A stretch of DNA of 64,000 bases from Nitrospinales bacterium (GTDB taxonomy: Bacteria; Nitrospinota; Nitrospinia; Nitrospinales; VA-1), in NCBI GenBank assembly GCA_965223345.1, contig CBDCWG010000012.1, forward strand, positions 2,528,001-2,592,000. The letters run 5' to 3'. Positions 17,584-30,174 of the stretch are shown in pieces (the stretch's first letter is position 1; each line of letters starts with the position of its first letter). The notes below the pieces were generated by a model. The model had not been told where the DNA came from. It saw only the letters and a program-made list of their open reading frames with translations, and did not search any database. The position numbers were made by a program, and so were the translations under genes.

Positions 17584-19542
17584 ATGTCAAAAAAAATCAT
17601 GTTGATCAATGCGGATCACCCGGAAGAATGCCGGGCGGTCCTGCTGGAAGACGGCAAAGTTGAGGATCTCATCGTCGAGCACGCCTCACACGAGCAGATC
17701 AAGGGCAATATCTACCTGGGAACCATCAATCGCGTCGAACCCGCCATCGAGGCGGCGTTCATGGATTTTGGCGGCAAGAAATTCGGTTTCCTGCCGTTCA
17801 AGGACGTACGCCGGGATTCGTATATCCAGACGGGAGAGAAAAAAGCCCGGGTGCGGATCCAGGATGTCCTGGTTCGCGGGCAAAAACTGCTCCTGCAGGT
17901 GGTGAAGGAGGGCCGGGACGCCAAAGGGCCGTCGCTGACCAACTGGATCAGCCTGCCGGGCCGCTTTCTGGTGCTGATGTGCGGCCAGGAGGCCAGCGCC
18001 ATCTCCCGCAAAATCGAGGACGAATCGGAGCGCAAGAAACTGAAGGAGATCATCTCCGATTTCGAGCTCCCGGAAAACACCGGGGTCATCATCCGCACGG
18101 CCGGGCTGGGCCGCACCAAGGCCGAACTGCAGAAAGACCTGCAGATGCTGCTGAAAATCTGGGAGACGATTCAGGAGACCATTGAAAAAGAGGGGGACAA
18201 CGCCCCGTTTCTGGTTTACAAGGAGCCGGACTTGGTGGTGCGCACGGTGCGCGACCATTTCACCACCGACACCTCCGAAATCGTCGTCGATACGGTCGAA
18301 GCCTACCGCGCCATCAAGGACTTCGTGAAACTGGTGATGCCCCGCCTGCAGCGTCGCGTCAAGCTGTACCAGGAAACCCAGCCCCTGTTCTCGCATTACA
18401 AGGTCGAAGAGCAGCTGGAATCGATCTACAACCGCAAGGTGCTTCTGCCTTCCGGCGGCTCGGTGGTGGTCGACATCGGCGAAGCCATGGTGTCGATCGA
18501 TGTCAACTCGGGAAAAACCACCAGCGCCAGCCAGCTGGAAGAGACCGCGACCAAAACCAATCTGGAAGCCGCCGACGAAATCGCCCGCCAGCTGCGCCTG
18601 CGCGACCTGGGCGGCCTGATCGTCATCGATTTCATCGACATGTTCCAGAAGAAGAACAAAACCCAGGTGGAAAAGCGCCTCAAGCTGGGCACCAAGAAGG
18701 ACAAGGCCCGCATCAACATCTCGCGCATTTCCAAATTCGGGTTGCTGGAGATGTCGCGTCAGCGGATGTCGCCGCCGGTGAAGGAAGGGGTTTACGAGGA
18801 ATGCTCGCAATGCCACGGTTCGGGCCATGTCAAATCCACAGGCTCCATGGTGCTGGGTGTGATCCGCAAAATCCGGGAAACCCTGGCCAAGGAAAAGGCC
18901 CGTCTCGTGGAAACGATGGTTTCCCCCGAGGTCTGCACCTACCTGCTCAATCACAAGCTGGATTTTCTCAAGGAACTGCAGGAGAAAAACCAGTTTGAGC
19001 TTCGCTTCGTCACCAAGCCGGGGCTTTGTTACGACGATTTCACCTATCAGGTGCTGGAACGAAAAGAGGCCGACGAAGCCCGAGTGAACGGAAAGGCCCG
19101 GGAAGCGCGCACCGGAGCGCAAGCGGAGCGGAGATCGGGTTCGCGAGCGGAAAAAGCCGACGATTCGGGCCGTGAGACCAAAGAGAAGGAAGAGCGCGGC
19201 AACGGCAAAAGCGAGTCGGACGGCGCCCGCGGACGCCGGGCCAAAACGTCTTCACGCGGCCGCAACACGCGGCGAAAGTCCTCCTCCACCAAACGGACTT
19301 CTTCGCGCACCTCTTCCGGGAACCGCAGGCCGCGCAGACGGTCCCCCCGGTCGGACAGCCCGGCCGCGGAAAACAAAGCGGCGGACGCCGAAACCGCCGG
19401 AGACAGCGCCGAAGCGCCCAAACCCGCGGCTGCGGAGGAAAGCTTCACCGTCGGCCCCACGCTGCCCATGGTGACGTCCCCGGAGGGCCCGGAGCCGGGC
19501 AACGAAGCGCCGCCGGCGTTCAACGAAGATCCGCTGCTATAG
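17584..19542 (+). CDS. rne: Ribonuclease E/G family protein
   Basis: KGNIYLG S1 domain, IDVNSG, RQLRLRDLGGLIVIDFIDM, CxxC Zn-link, Arg/Ser-rich disordered tail. Confidence 0.93.
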   Translation: MSKKIMLINADHPEECRAVLLEDGKVEDLIVEHASHEQIKGNIYLGTINRVEPAIEAAFMDFGGKKFGFLPFKDVRRDSYIQTGEKKARVRIQDVLVRGQKLLLQVVKEGRDAKGPSLTNWISLPGRFLVLMCGQEASAISRKIEDESERKKLKEIISDFELPENTGVIIRTAGLGRTKAELQKDLQMLLKIWETIQETIEKEGDNAPFLVYKEPDLVVRTVRDHFTTDTSEIVVDTVEAYRAIKDFVKLVMPRLQRRVKLYQETQPLFSHYKVEEQLESIYNRKVLLPSGGSVVVDIGEAMVSIDVNSGKTTSASQLEETATKTNLEAADEIARQLRLRDLGGLIVIDFIDMFQKKNKTQVEKRLKLGTKKDKARINISRISKFGLLEMSRQRMSPPVKEGVYEECSQCHGSGHVKSTGSMVLGVIRKIRETLAKEKARLVETMVSPEVCTYLLNHKLDFLKELQEKNQFELRFVTKPGLCYDDFTYQVLERKEADEARVNGKAREARTGAQAERRSGSRAEKADDSGRETKEKEERGNGKSESDGARGRRAKTSSRGRNTRRKSSSTKRTSSRTSSGNRRPRRRSPRSDSPAAENKAADAETAGDSAEAPKPAAAEESFTVGPTLPMVTSPEGPEPGNEAPPAFNEDPLL

Positions 19543-19557
19543 GTAGCCGGGGGTTTT

Positions 19558-20301
19558 TTATTTCGAGGCTTTTTCGGAGTCCCCGGCGGAGCGGGCGCAG
19601 CGGAAGCCGGTGTCCCAGAAGCGTTCCTTGGGCGGGACGTAGTTGCGGTAGGCGAGGGTGGCGAACTCCACCATGAAGCCATGCTCGCGCTTCTGGATCG
19701 TTCCTCCGCGGATCACCTTGAATTTCTTGCCGAAGTTTTCGTCCTCGTGCTCGGAGCCGGGGTAGGGCAGATACCAGCTCGCGGTCCATTCCGAAACGTT
19801 GCCGTTCATGTCGTGCAGGCCGAACGGGCTGACGTCTTTGGGAAACGATCCCACCGATTGCACGGTTTTACCGAAATTGGCCCAGTCGCGGTGAAACTCG
19901 TCGCCCCACACGAATTTGCGTTTGTCGCCGCCGCGCGCCGCTTTTTCCCACTCGAATTCCGTCGGCAGCCGTTTGCCGAGCCAGAGGCAGTAGGCGTCCG
20001 CTTCGTACCAGCTCACGCCGCGCATCGGCTCGTTGGGGTGGGAGATTTCGTATTGCGCCTTGGGTTTGAAACGCATGAAATCTTCGTAGGTGACTTCGAA
20101 TTTGTCGATGTAAAAGGCGTCGAGGTGGCGGGCCTGCTGCGGCTGGGCGTTTTTGCCGGCGGTCCGTTCGGACATGAAGGACGAAGGGGCGCCGGAGACG
20201 CTGCCCAGCTGGAACTCGCCTGCGGGGATGAGGATCATGTCCGCGGGTTCGCAGGCGAACAGGAACAGCAGGCAAACAGTGAGGGAGGCGGGTTTCAACA
20301 A
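19558..20301 (-). CDS. FGE/SUMF1-domain probable lipoprotein
   Basis: LFA-C lipobox-like; MILIPAG, DKFEVT, RLPTEFEWEKAARG, MNGNVSEW, GFRCA; start uncertain (TTG at 20298, 20301 or 20316). Confidence 0.85.
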   Translation of the reverse strand: MLKPASLTVCLLFLFACEPADMILIPAGEFQLGSVSGAPSSFMSERTAGKNAQPQQARHLDAFYIDKFEVTYEDFMRFKPKAQYEISHPNEPMRGVSWYEADAYCLWLGKRLPTEFEWEKAARGGDKRKFVWGDEFHRDWANFGKTVQSVGSFPKDVSPFGLHDMNGNVSEWTASWYLPYPGSEHEDENFGKKFKVIRGGTIQKREHGFMVEFATLAYRNYVPPKERFWDTGFRCARSAGDSEKASK

Positions 20302-20321
20302 GCGGCTCGCAGGCAATCGTA

Positions 20322-21095
20322 TCAGGGTTCGTAAGAACTCGCCATCGGACCGGGGCGGGCGGACGTGTTTTCCACGGTGGCGTCGGTTTCGGGAGCCGGG
20401 GCGGGTTTGGCGGGCGGCGGCGGGAACGTGTTGCCCGGATAATCGCTTTTCACGTACTCCACCGTGAGGCAGGCGGCTTCTTCCCGCGTGCACATCATGG
20501 TGCGGCAATCCGTTTCGTCGTTCGAGCAGTAGTAATTGAGGATGCGCATCTTCACATGCTGGCCGCTCGACGTCTTGACGATGTACACGTTTTTCTTCGA
20601 TTCGATGTTGTGCGTGCGGGTCCGGTAGTTGTACCAGGCAGAGATCGCCTTGTTGATCTTTTTGCCGAACGACTTCGAATCCTGAACCCAGGGCTGGGCG
20701 GGCACGCTGCGCACGCTGTCGAAATCGACGGGACCCAGGTCCATCACGCTGACGCTGCCTGAGGGATTGGTGATGCCGCTGTTGGTGACGATCTTGGTGC
20801 GCTGGAATCCCAGATCCCATTTCAATCCCTTAAGCCGTTCCTGTTCTTCGTCGATGTCGCCGATCTTGACGGTATTTCCGGTCGCAAGGTCCAGCAGAGT
20901 CCAGGTTTCTTTCGACTTGGCGTCGATTTTCAGTGTGGGGTTCAGGCTCAGAACGGCGGGTTTGAGCTTTTTCGGCGGCAGCGGGACCGATTCGAAGTCC
21001 TCGATGTTCTCGTTCATGAAAGACAGGGCGCCGTGAAAGAGCAGGGTCGCCACGAGCAGGACACCGAAAATCTTGAGCGTGCTGTTGTTGTTCAT
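20322..21095 (-). CDS. HmuY-family protein
   Basis: WDLGFQRTKIVTNSG, WYNY, VYIVKT..G..VKMRILNYY; N-terminal TM. Confidence 0.82.
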   Translation of the reverse strand: MNNNSTLKIFGVLLVATLLFHGALSFMNENIEDFESVPLPPKKLKPAVLSLNPTLKIDAKSKETWTLLDLATGNTVKIGDIDEEQERLKGLKWDLGFQRTKIVTNSGITNPSGSVSVMDLGPVDFDSVRSVPAQPWVQDSKSFGKKINKAISAWYNYRTRTHNIESKKNVYIVKTSSGQHVKMRILNYYCSNDETDCRTMMCTREEAACLTVEYVKSDYPGNTFPPPPAKPAPAPETDATVENTSARPGPMASSYEP

Positions 21096-21410
21096 GTTTC
21101 AATTTTAGCACATCCGCTCCGGTGGTAGGGGGATTGCTCGTGCGTATTCGGTGTCCTGCGATTGCGGCGTCGGGCCACTCATCGGACTGGTAAAAACTCA
21201 AAGCGCGGTCCGGCCGGGCGCGGGAAGCCTGCAAAAGCGGATTTTACTCCCGATTTCGGGGGGCTGAAAGTACTGCCAATAAAATCAATAATTTATATTT
21301 GAGATAGCGCATTTCCATCTTGGTGCGCCCTGCGGATTGTGTTAAATTAGTATAAAAATTTTATGCAAATTTTTTGATTTATAGGGTGCTGTCTGAATGC
21401 TGAAGGAACG

Positions 21411-22034
21411 ATGAAAGACCGGGAATTCGATTACAAAAAGGTGCAGATCGAGAACTATCTGAAAACGGCGTTTCAAAAGAAGTTTCGATCCAACGCACGC
21501 ATCTCCATCCGCAAACGTCAGAAGTTCATGGATGAGATGACCCGAAAAATCAGCAAAAAGTTCGGCAAGGACGTGTTGTGCCTGGTCGATTTTGCCAAAG
21601 GCGGGTTCACCACGCTGGTTTCCCCTTCACGCCAGGAATCGACGGAAAAGGGCAAACTGCATCAGTCGTTCACCCACCCGCAGGTGTTTTACACCGCCCA
21701 CTGCATCGACCGTTTCAGCGAGCGGACCCGCACCGAGGACAACTGCGTTCTCATTCTCGACACCCATATGCAGCAAGCGCTCCTGTCCTACGGGGAGCAC
21801 GAGGGGTTTTTGACCTGCCCGGAAGGGGTGTTTGCCTGCGAAATGGAAAACGACCGCCTCATCGTCAAGACTTTCATCAATTTTGAACTGCTTTCTGCCG
21901 ATCAGATAAAGAAATATTACGGTCCCGGCATGGTCTCGACGTTTCCGGAAGAATTCTTTTCCGAACAGGCCGGGGAAAGCGATTTCATCCTGGCGGACGA
22001 GTTCGCCGAATTCCCCGAAAAACCTCGAAACTGA
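21411..22034 (+). CDS. Hypothetical protein
   Basis: AAGGA RBS, 207-aa ORF upstream of ftsE. Confidence 0.75.
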   Translation: MKDREFDYKKVQIENYLKTAFQKKFRSNARISIRKRQKFMDEMTRKISKKFGKDVLCLVDFAKGGFTTLVSPSRQESTEKGKLHQSFTHPQVFYTAHCIDRFSERTRTEDNCVLILDTHMQQALLSYGEHEGFLTCPEGVFACEMENDRLIVKTFINFELLSADQIKKYYGPGMVSTFPEEFFSEQAGESDFILADEFAEFPEKPRN

Positions 22035-22104
22035 TTCAGCCGGTATCTGTTTCAGGAGGCATCCTGGCGCCCCGCCACAACCTCAGAAGTAAACCCACTC
22101 ACCC

Positions 22105-22760
<656 letters not shown>

Positions 22761-22761
<1 letters not shown>

Positions 22762-23675
22762 TGTCCATTTCACAATTCGTCGCCAACTCCATCCGCAACA
22801 CGATCGCTAATATCCGCTCGCACCAGCAGGTGTTCTGGGTCTCGATCGTCACCATCACCATCGCGATTTCCATTCTCGGCTTGTTTCTGGTGATTTTCGT
22901 CAACCTGAATGCGTTTCTCGCCACCTGGAACCAGCAGGTGCAGCTCATCGTCTATCTCAAGGACGGCGTTCCCGCCGATGCGCGCAGCCAGCTGGAAAAT
23001 GTGATCGCGGACAACGAGGATGTGGAGTCGCACACCTTCATCCCCAGCGACGAAGCCTGGAAAAATTTCAAGACCACATTTTCGGGCAAATCCGGATTCG
23101 TGGCCAACCTGGATTTCAACCCGCTGCCCAGCTCTTACGAAGTGCGGTTCCGCGCTTCGGACGACCGGCTCGCCCGCATCCGTGATTTTGCCGACAAGCT
23201 CAAGGACATGGAGGGGGTGGAATCGCTGGAATACGGGGAAAAATGGCTGGGATCGTTCGAGAAGTTCATGGTCTTCATCCGCATCTTCCTGATGGCCGTC
23301 GGCGGGCTGCTGGCGCTGGGGCTGATCCTGATCGTGTCCAACACCATCAAGCTGTCCTATTATTCCCGGCAGGATGAGATCGAACTGATGCTGCTGATCG
23401 GTGCCACGCACCGCTATATCAAGATCCCGTTTCTGCTGGAGGGGATGCTGCAGGGGTTTCTGGGGGCGGTTCTGGCCCTCAGCCTGATCAAATCCCTGCA
23501 ACTGTACCTGAAGCTCGAGTTCCAGGGATCGCTGGAGACCATCGCGCGCGGTGTGGATTTTCAGTTTCTGTCGCGGCCGCTGGTGTTTTCCATTCTCGCC
23601 GCCAGCGTGTTCATTGGCTGGATGGGAAGCTATCTGTCCATCAAGCAGTTTTTGCAGGTCGAACTCAAGAAATGA
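22761..23675 (+). CDS. ftsX: Cell division permease
   Basis: TM-periplasmic-3TM layout; NPLP, NTIKL...EIELM.LIGA...I..PFLLEG. Confidence 0.93.
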
Positions 23676-24859
23676 TCCGCTTGCCATTTAAAAATCGAAT
23701 CGCAGCCTGGGCGCTCGCGGCGCTGTTCGGTTTCACACCGGCGGTTGCGGCGGACAGCGGGTTGAAGGAGATCGAGAGACAACTGTCGCAGGAGGAAAAG
23801 GACCTCAAGCGGTTGCAGGCAAAGATCCGCAAGCAGGACAAGGCCATTTCCCAGGCCGGCGCCCGGGAAGACTCGGTGCTGAAAAAACTGCGGGGGATCG
23901 AAAACCAGCTGAAACTGCGCGAGCGGGAATTGAAGATCTATCAATGGAACAAAAAGATCAATGAGAAAAAAGTCGGCCTGCTGACCAAGAACATCCAGAC
24001 GACGGAAACGCAGCTGGAGCAGCAAAAGCGCATTCTGGGAAGGCGGCTTCGGGCCATCTACAAGGAAGGCAGCCTGTTTGCGGTCAAGGTGCTGTTTTCC
24101 GCGGAAAACTTCAACGACCTGCTGCAACGCATCAAATACCTGGAGATCATGACGGCGCACGACACGGATGTGTTCCACAAGTACGAGGAGCGGATGCGGC
24201 GGCTGGAGATCGAAAAAAGGGACATGGTCGAGGCGCGCGAGAAACTGGTGATGCTGGAGCGCAGCGCGCTGGACAAGCGCGAGGAAGTGCGGCAGCAGAA
24301 GGAGGAGAAATCCCGCTTTCTCGAGAAGCTGAAAAAGGAGAAAAAACTCAATATCCAGGTGCGCAAGGAGCTTCTGGGAGCGTCGGAAAACCTCAACACG
24401 CTGATCCAGGACCTGAAGGAAAAACTGGTGAAAGGGGAGGGGATCGACATCGCCGACCGCAAAGGCAGGCTGCCGCTGCCGCTGGACGGCAAATTTCTCA
24501 ATAAATTCGGTAAAAAAAAGGACAAGCAGTTCGACACCTATGTGCTGTATAACGGGGTGAATATCAAGGCCGAAAAGGGCACGGCGGTGCGGGCGGTGTT
24601 TGAAGGAAAAGTGCTTTTCGCCAATGAGTTGGAAGGATATGGTAACTTGATCATTGTGGGGCACGGCGAGGAATACCATTCCCTGTACGGGCACCTCGAC
24701 GAAATCATCGCGAAAGTGGGGAAATCCGTGCGCGCCGGGCAGATCATCGCCCGCTCCGGGGACACGGGCTCGCTGGTAGGGGAAACACTTTATTTTGAGT
24801 TGCGTCACAAGGGCAAACCCATCGATCCGGTGCGCTGGTTCAAGGTGGCGAAGCGGTAG
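23672..24859 (+). CDS. envC: Murein hydrolase activator, coiled coil + M23 domain
   Basis: Signal peptide, long coiled coil, GYGNLIIVGH, SLYGHL, LYFELR. Confidence 0.9.
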   Translation: MIRLPFKNRIAAWALAALFGFTPAVAADSGLKEIERQLSQEEKDLKRLQAKIRKQDKAISQAGAREDSVLKKLRGIENQLKLRERELKIYQWNKKINEKKVGLLTKNIQTTETQLEQQKRILGRRLRAIYKEGSLFAVKVLFSAENFNDLLQRIKYLEIMTAHDTDVFHKYEERMRRLEIEKRDMVEAREKLVMLERSALDKREEVRQQKEEKSRFLEKLKKEKKLNIQVRKELLGASENLNTLIQDLKEKLVKGEGIDIADRKGRLPLPLDGKFLNKFGKKKDKQFDTYVLYNGVNIKAEKGTAVRAVFEGKVLFANELEGYGNLIIVGHGEEYHSLYGHLDEIIAKVGKSVRAGQIIARSGDTGSLVGETLYFELRHKGKPIDPVRWFKVAKR

Positions 24860-24948
24860 GCGGGCCCGCATCTTTCAATGCGTAATCGTTTGAATTGAGA
24901 TATAATCTAAAGTTAAGAATTTAAAACACTTTTTGGGGAGAGACCGAT

Positions 24949-26424
24949 TTGACTTCCTTGATGCCAGTACCGAACTGTATCGCGCGTCGTTTTTTATCCC
25001 GGTCCACCGGATGGTTGGGAGTGGTGGCGGCCTTGTTTTTCTTCGCTTTCGTTGCATCCGCCGGCGCGGCGGAAGAAAAGTCGAAGGGCACCGACACCTA
25101 TGAAAAACTGAAGATATTTTCGGAAATCCTTTCCCTGGTCGAAAGCAACTACGTCGAGGGGGTCGAGAGCGAGGAACTGATCGACGGCGCCATCCGCGGC
25201 ATGGTCAAGGCGCTGGATCCCCATACCAGTTATCTTCCGCCCAAATCCTACAAGGACATGCTGGTGGACACCTCCGGGAAATTCGGCGGGTTGGGAATCG
25301 AGATCAGCATGCGCAAAGGGGTTCTGACGGTGGTTTCCCCGATCGAGGACACGCCGGCGTTCAAGGCCGGGATCAAGGCCGGGGACAAGATCATCAAGAT
25401 CGAAGACGAGTCCACTCTGGACATGACGCTTTCGGATGCGGTCAGCCATCTGCGCGGCGAGACGGGGACGCCGGTGACGATCACCATCTTCCGGGAAACC
25501 CTGGATGCGCCGAAGGAATTCACCATCGTGCGCGACATCATCAAAGTGCGCAGCGTCGTCCACAAGCGCTACCGGGATGAAATCGGTTACATCAAGATCC
25601 GCAGCTTTTCCAAGTCCACCAGCTCGGATCTCGACAAGGCGCTCGACAAGCTGAACGATGAAGGCATCACCAAGCTGATCCTCGATGTCCGCAACAATCC
25701 CGGCGGGCTGCTCAATCAGGCGGTGGAAGTGACCGACCGGTTTCTCGACAAGGAAAACCTGATCGTCTACACCAAGGGCCGCAGCGAGGAGCAGAACATG
25801 CGGTTCACCACGCACGACAAGGTGAAACGGGTGTCCTACCCGATGGTGATCCTGGTCAACAGCGGCAGCGCCAGCGCCTCGGAAATCGTTGCGGGCGCGC
25901 TGCAGGACCTGGGCCGGGCGGTGATCCTGGGAACGCCGACGTTCGGCAAGGGCTCGGTGCAGACCATCATTCCGTTGAGCGACGGTTCGGCGTTGCGGCT
26001 CACCACCGCGCGTTACTACACGCCGAGCGGACGCGTCATTCAGGAAAATGGCATCGAGCCGGACATCATCGTGGAAATGCCGCTGGACCGGGAAGACGAT
26101 GACGAGGTGGACGAGGAGAGTAAAGACAGCAAGGAGAAACAAAAGCTGCGCCGCTTCCTGCGCGAGAAGGACCTCAAGAAACACCTGAAAGGCAAGAGCA
26201 GCATTGAGGACGGCGAGGATGACGAAGGCACAAATGAAGCCGATTCGCCGGACGAAGATGAAACGCAGGAAGCCGAAGCGGAAGCCAACGAGGAAGACCT
26301 CAAAAAAGACCCCCAGCTCATGCACGCGGTTTCCCTGCTTGCCGGCTGGGACGTCATGAAAAAAATGATGAAATCCGTGGACAAACAGCAGCAGGTGGGT
26401 AATCAGGTCAGCCTGATCAAATGA
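24949..26424 (+). CDS. ctpA: Carboxyl-terminal processing protease (S41, PDZ)
   Basis: LDPHT, GLGI, LDVRNNPGGLL, SASASEI, TFGKGSVQ. Confidence 0.95.
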   Translation: MTSLMPVPNCIARRFLSRSTGWLGVVAALFFFAFVASAGAAEEKSKGTDTYEKLKIFSEILSLVESNYVEGVESEELIDGAIRGMVKALDPHTSYLPPKSYKDMLVDTSGKFGGLGIEISMRKGVLTVVSPIEDTPAFKAGIKAGDKIIKIEDESTLDMTLSDAVSHLRGETGTPVTITIFRETLDAPKEFTIVRDIIKVRSVVHKRYRDEIGYIKIRSFSKSTSSDLDKALDKLNDEGITKLILDVRNNPGGLLNQAVEVTDRFLDKENLIVYTKGRSEEQNMRFTTHDKVKRVSYPMVILVNSGSASASEIVAGALQDLGRAVILGTPTFGKGSVQTIIPLSDGSALRLTTARYYTPSGRVIQENGIEPDIIVEMPLDREDDDEVDEESKDSKEKQKLRRFLREKDLKKHLKGKSSIEDGEDDEGTNEADSPDEDETQEAEAEANEEDLKKDPQLMHAVSLLAGWDVMKKMMKSVDKQQQVGNQVSLIK

Positions 26425-26469
26425 CCCGCAGTCCGGTTTGAACCCCACGATGCATTTTTTTGCAATACC

Positions 26470-27480
26470 ATGCTTGTTTTAGGAATAGAAACATCCTGCG
26501 ATGAAACCGCGGCGGCCGTTCTCAAGGACGGCCGCCGTCTTCTTTCCAACGTCATCTTCGATCAGACCGACATCCACAGCCGGTTCGGCGGTGTGGTGCC
26601 GGAACTGGCAGGGCGCTCGCACATCGACCGCATCCACCGCGTCGTCGATCGGGCTTTGACGGAAGCGGGCGTGCAACCCAAAGACATCGATCTCATCGCC
26701 GCGACCCAGGGGCCCGGGCTCGTCGGTTCGCTGCTTGTCGGGCTCAACGCGGCCAAGGGGCTCGCCTACGGTCTTAAGAAACCGCTGGTCGGCATCAATC
26801 ATCTGGAAGGCCACCTGCTGGCGATCTTTCTGGAAGAGGAGGTGGCGTTTCCCTACCTGGCGCTGGGCGTCTCCGGCGGGCACACCGATCTGTACCGGGT
26901 GAACGGTTTCGGCGATTACACGCAGCTCGGCCGCACGCGCGACGATGCAGCGGGCGAGTCGTTCGACAAGGTGGCGCGCATGCTGGACCTCGGCTATCCC
27001 GGCGGCCCGCTCATCGAGAATCTGGCCCGTTCGGGCGATGCCTCGGCGTGCGGTTTTCCGCGGGCGTGGCTGGAGAAGGGTTCTTTCGATTTCAGCTTCA
27101 GCGGCCTCAAGACCGCTGTGCGCACGCAGATCGAAAAACGCAAAGAACAGACATCACCTTCGAATGCCGACATCGCCGCCAGCTTCCAGGCGGCGGTGGT
27201 CGAGGTGCTGGTGAAAAAATGCATCGCCGCCTGCGAGGCGAAAGGGCTGACCCGCATCGTCGTCACAGGCGGGGTCGCCGCCAACGGAGCCCTGCGCGCC
27301 GCCGTGAAAACGGCAGCGGACGCCCGCGGCTACCGGGTGTATTTCCCCAGCCCCCGACACTGCACCGACAACGCGGCCATGATCGCCTGCGCCGCCCACC
27401 ACCGCCACCAGAGCGGAAATCTTCCAGAAGACACCCCGTTCCAGCTGGACGCCCGCGCCAGCATGCCTTTAGGATCGTAA
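26470..27480 (+). CDS. tsaD: tRNA threonylcarbamoyltransferase
   Basis: GIETSCDET, GGVVPE, HLEGH, SGGHT, DDAAGE, SFSGLKT, TDNAAMI. Confidence 0.97.
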   Translation: MLVLGIETSCDETAAAVLKDGRRLLSNVIFDQTDIHSRFGGVVPELAGRSHIDRIHRVVDRALTEAGVQPKDIDLIAATQGPGLVGSLLVGLNAAKGLAYGLKKPLVGINHLEGHLLAIFLEEEVAFPYLALGVSGGHTDLYRVNGFGDYTQLGRTRDDAAGESFDKVARMLDLGYPGGPLIENLARSGDASACGFPRAWLEKGSFDFSFSGLKTAVRTQIEKRKEQTSPSNADIAASFQAAVVEVLVKKCIAACEAKGLTRIVVTGGVAANGALRAAVKTAADARGYRVYFPSPRHCTDNAAMIACAAHHRHQSGNLPEDTPFQLDARASMPLGS

Positions 27481-27489
27481 GATCTAAAA

Positions 27490-27730
27490 GCCTTTGACAG
27501 GATTGCAGGATAAAAGCGAAGGATGGCCTCGCGCCAAGGCGCGAAGACACAAAGAAAAAAGCCTGACAGGATAACAGGATGAAAAACTCTGGATAAAAGC
27601 AGAAAAAGTGAAATCTTGTTTTAACCGCAAAGACGCAAAGGTCGCTAAGTCCCTCTCCCCGAGGGGGAGAGGAGGAAGTTTGTTCGAACCGGAATAGGAA
27701 CGCTTTTTTTATCCTGTTATCCTGTCCCGT
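27490..27730. repeat. Mosaic REP-like intergenic repeat cluster 1
   Basis: GACAGGAT-n-CAGGAT twice plus an inverted copy; AACCGCAAAGACGCAAAGG; CCTCTCCCC-GA-GGGGAGAGG-type hairpin. Confidence 0.7.
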
Positions 27731-27733
27731 TTT

Positions 27734-29014
<1,281 letters not shown>

Positions 29015-29127
29015 GGCGGTCTCCGGAAGAAGGAATCGGCTTGAGAATGGCAGCCGAAGTTGTTAGTTTGTAGGGGTTTGGACCTATTTAATTGCAATTC
29101 GGGCAAAAAATCAAATCCGATTCTGCC

Positions 29128-30132
29128 ATGCGCGTTTTGATCACAGGAGGCGGGGGTTTTCTGGGAAGCCACATCGCCGAGATGCTGCACCAGCGCGGAG
29201 ACCGCGTTGCGGTTCTCGGGCGGCGCACGTTTGCCTACGCGCACCTCTCGCCTGACATCGAACGGATTCAGGGCGACATCCAGGACCGGGAATCGCTGTT
29301 CGAAGCGATTCAGGGTGTGGACGCGGTCTTTCACACGGCGGCCAAGGCCGGGGTCTGGGGGGATTACGAAGAGTATTACCACATCAATGTCGAAGGCACC
29401 CGCAATGTGGTGGAAGGCTGCCGCGAGCACGGCGTCGAAAAACTGATCCACACCAGCTCCCCCAGCGTCGTGTTCGGTGACAAGGATCTGGAAGGGGTCG
29501 ATGAAAGCGTGCCTTACCCCAATAAATATTTGTGTCATTACGCCTACAGCAAGGCGATGGCGGAGCAGGTGGTTCTGGAAGCGGACGGGGTGGGCGGTCT
29601 GACGACGGTGTCGCTGCGCCCGCATCTGATCTGGGGCATCGGCGACCCGCATCTGGTGCCGCGCATTCTCGAGCGCTCCGAGCGCGGCCGGCTGGTGCGG
29701 GTGGGGGAGGGCAAGAACCGCGTGGACATGGTGCATGTGGAAAACGCCGCGCACGCGCACGTTCTGGCCTGCGATGCGCTGAAGCCGGGAAGCCGGCTGT
29801 CGGGTAAATGCTATTTCATCAGCGACGGCGATCCGGTGAATCTCTGGGAATGGGTGGAGCGGCTGCTGCTATCGCTGGACCGGGAGCCGGTGCAGCGCTC
29901 GATCTCGTTCCCCTGGGCGCGCCGGATCGGGGCTCTTCTGGAATTTGTCTACAGCACGTTGCGCATCGATGCGGAACCGCCGATGACCCGCTTCATCGCC
30001 TCGCAACTCGCCACCTCGCATTATTTCGACATCTCGCGCGCGCAGCGGGACTTTGGCTACGCCCCCATCACCAGTCCGGATGCCGGGCTGGACCGCCTCG
30101 TCGAGCACCTCAGAGAACAGCCCTACCGCTGA
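29128..30132 (+). CDS. NAD-dependent epimerase/3-beta-HSD family protein (OleD-like)
   Basis: TGGGGFLG, FHTAA, TSSPSVV, YAYSK, LRPHLIWG. Confidence 0.9.
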   Translation: MRVLITGGGGFLGSHIAEMLHQRGDRVAVLGRRTFAYAHLSPDIERIQGDIQDRESLFEAIQGVDAVFHTAAKAGVWGDYEEYYHINVEGTRNVVEGCREHGVEKLIHTSSPSVVFGDKDLEGVDESVPYPNKYLCHYAYSKAMAEQVVLEADGVGGLTTVSLRPHLIWGIGDPHLVPRILERSERGRLVRVGEGKNRVDMVHVENAAHAHVLACDALKPGSRLSGKCYFISDGDPVNLWEWVERLLLSLDREPVQRSISFPWARRIGALLEFVYSTLRIDAEPPMTRFIASQLATSHYFDISRAQRDFGYAPITSPDAGLDRLVEHLREQPYR

Positions 30133-30174
30133 TGCTTGGTATAAAGAAAGAAACTTCTCTCCCGGAAAAGCCGA

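Noticed and set aside
20302..20820. 420-aa version of the second FGE ORF
   Set aside because: The extension lies in an alternate frame of the HmuY-like gene
21100..21270. Cobalamin riboswitch upstream of the HmuY-like gene
   Set aside because: GCCACT/GGGAAG fragments are on the wrong strand and the core elements are missing
27490..27730. CRISPR array
   Set aside because: Repeats are short and irregular without uniform spacers; no cas genes
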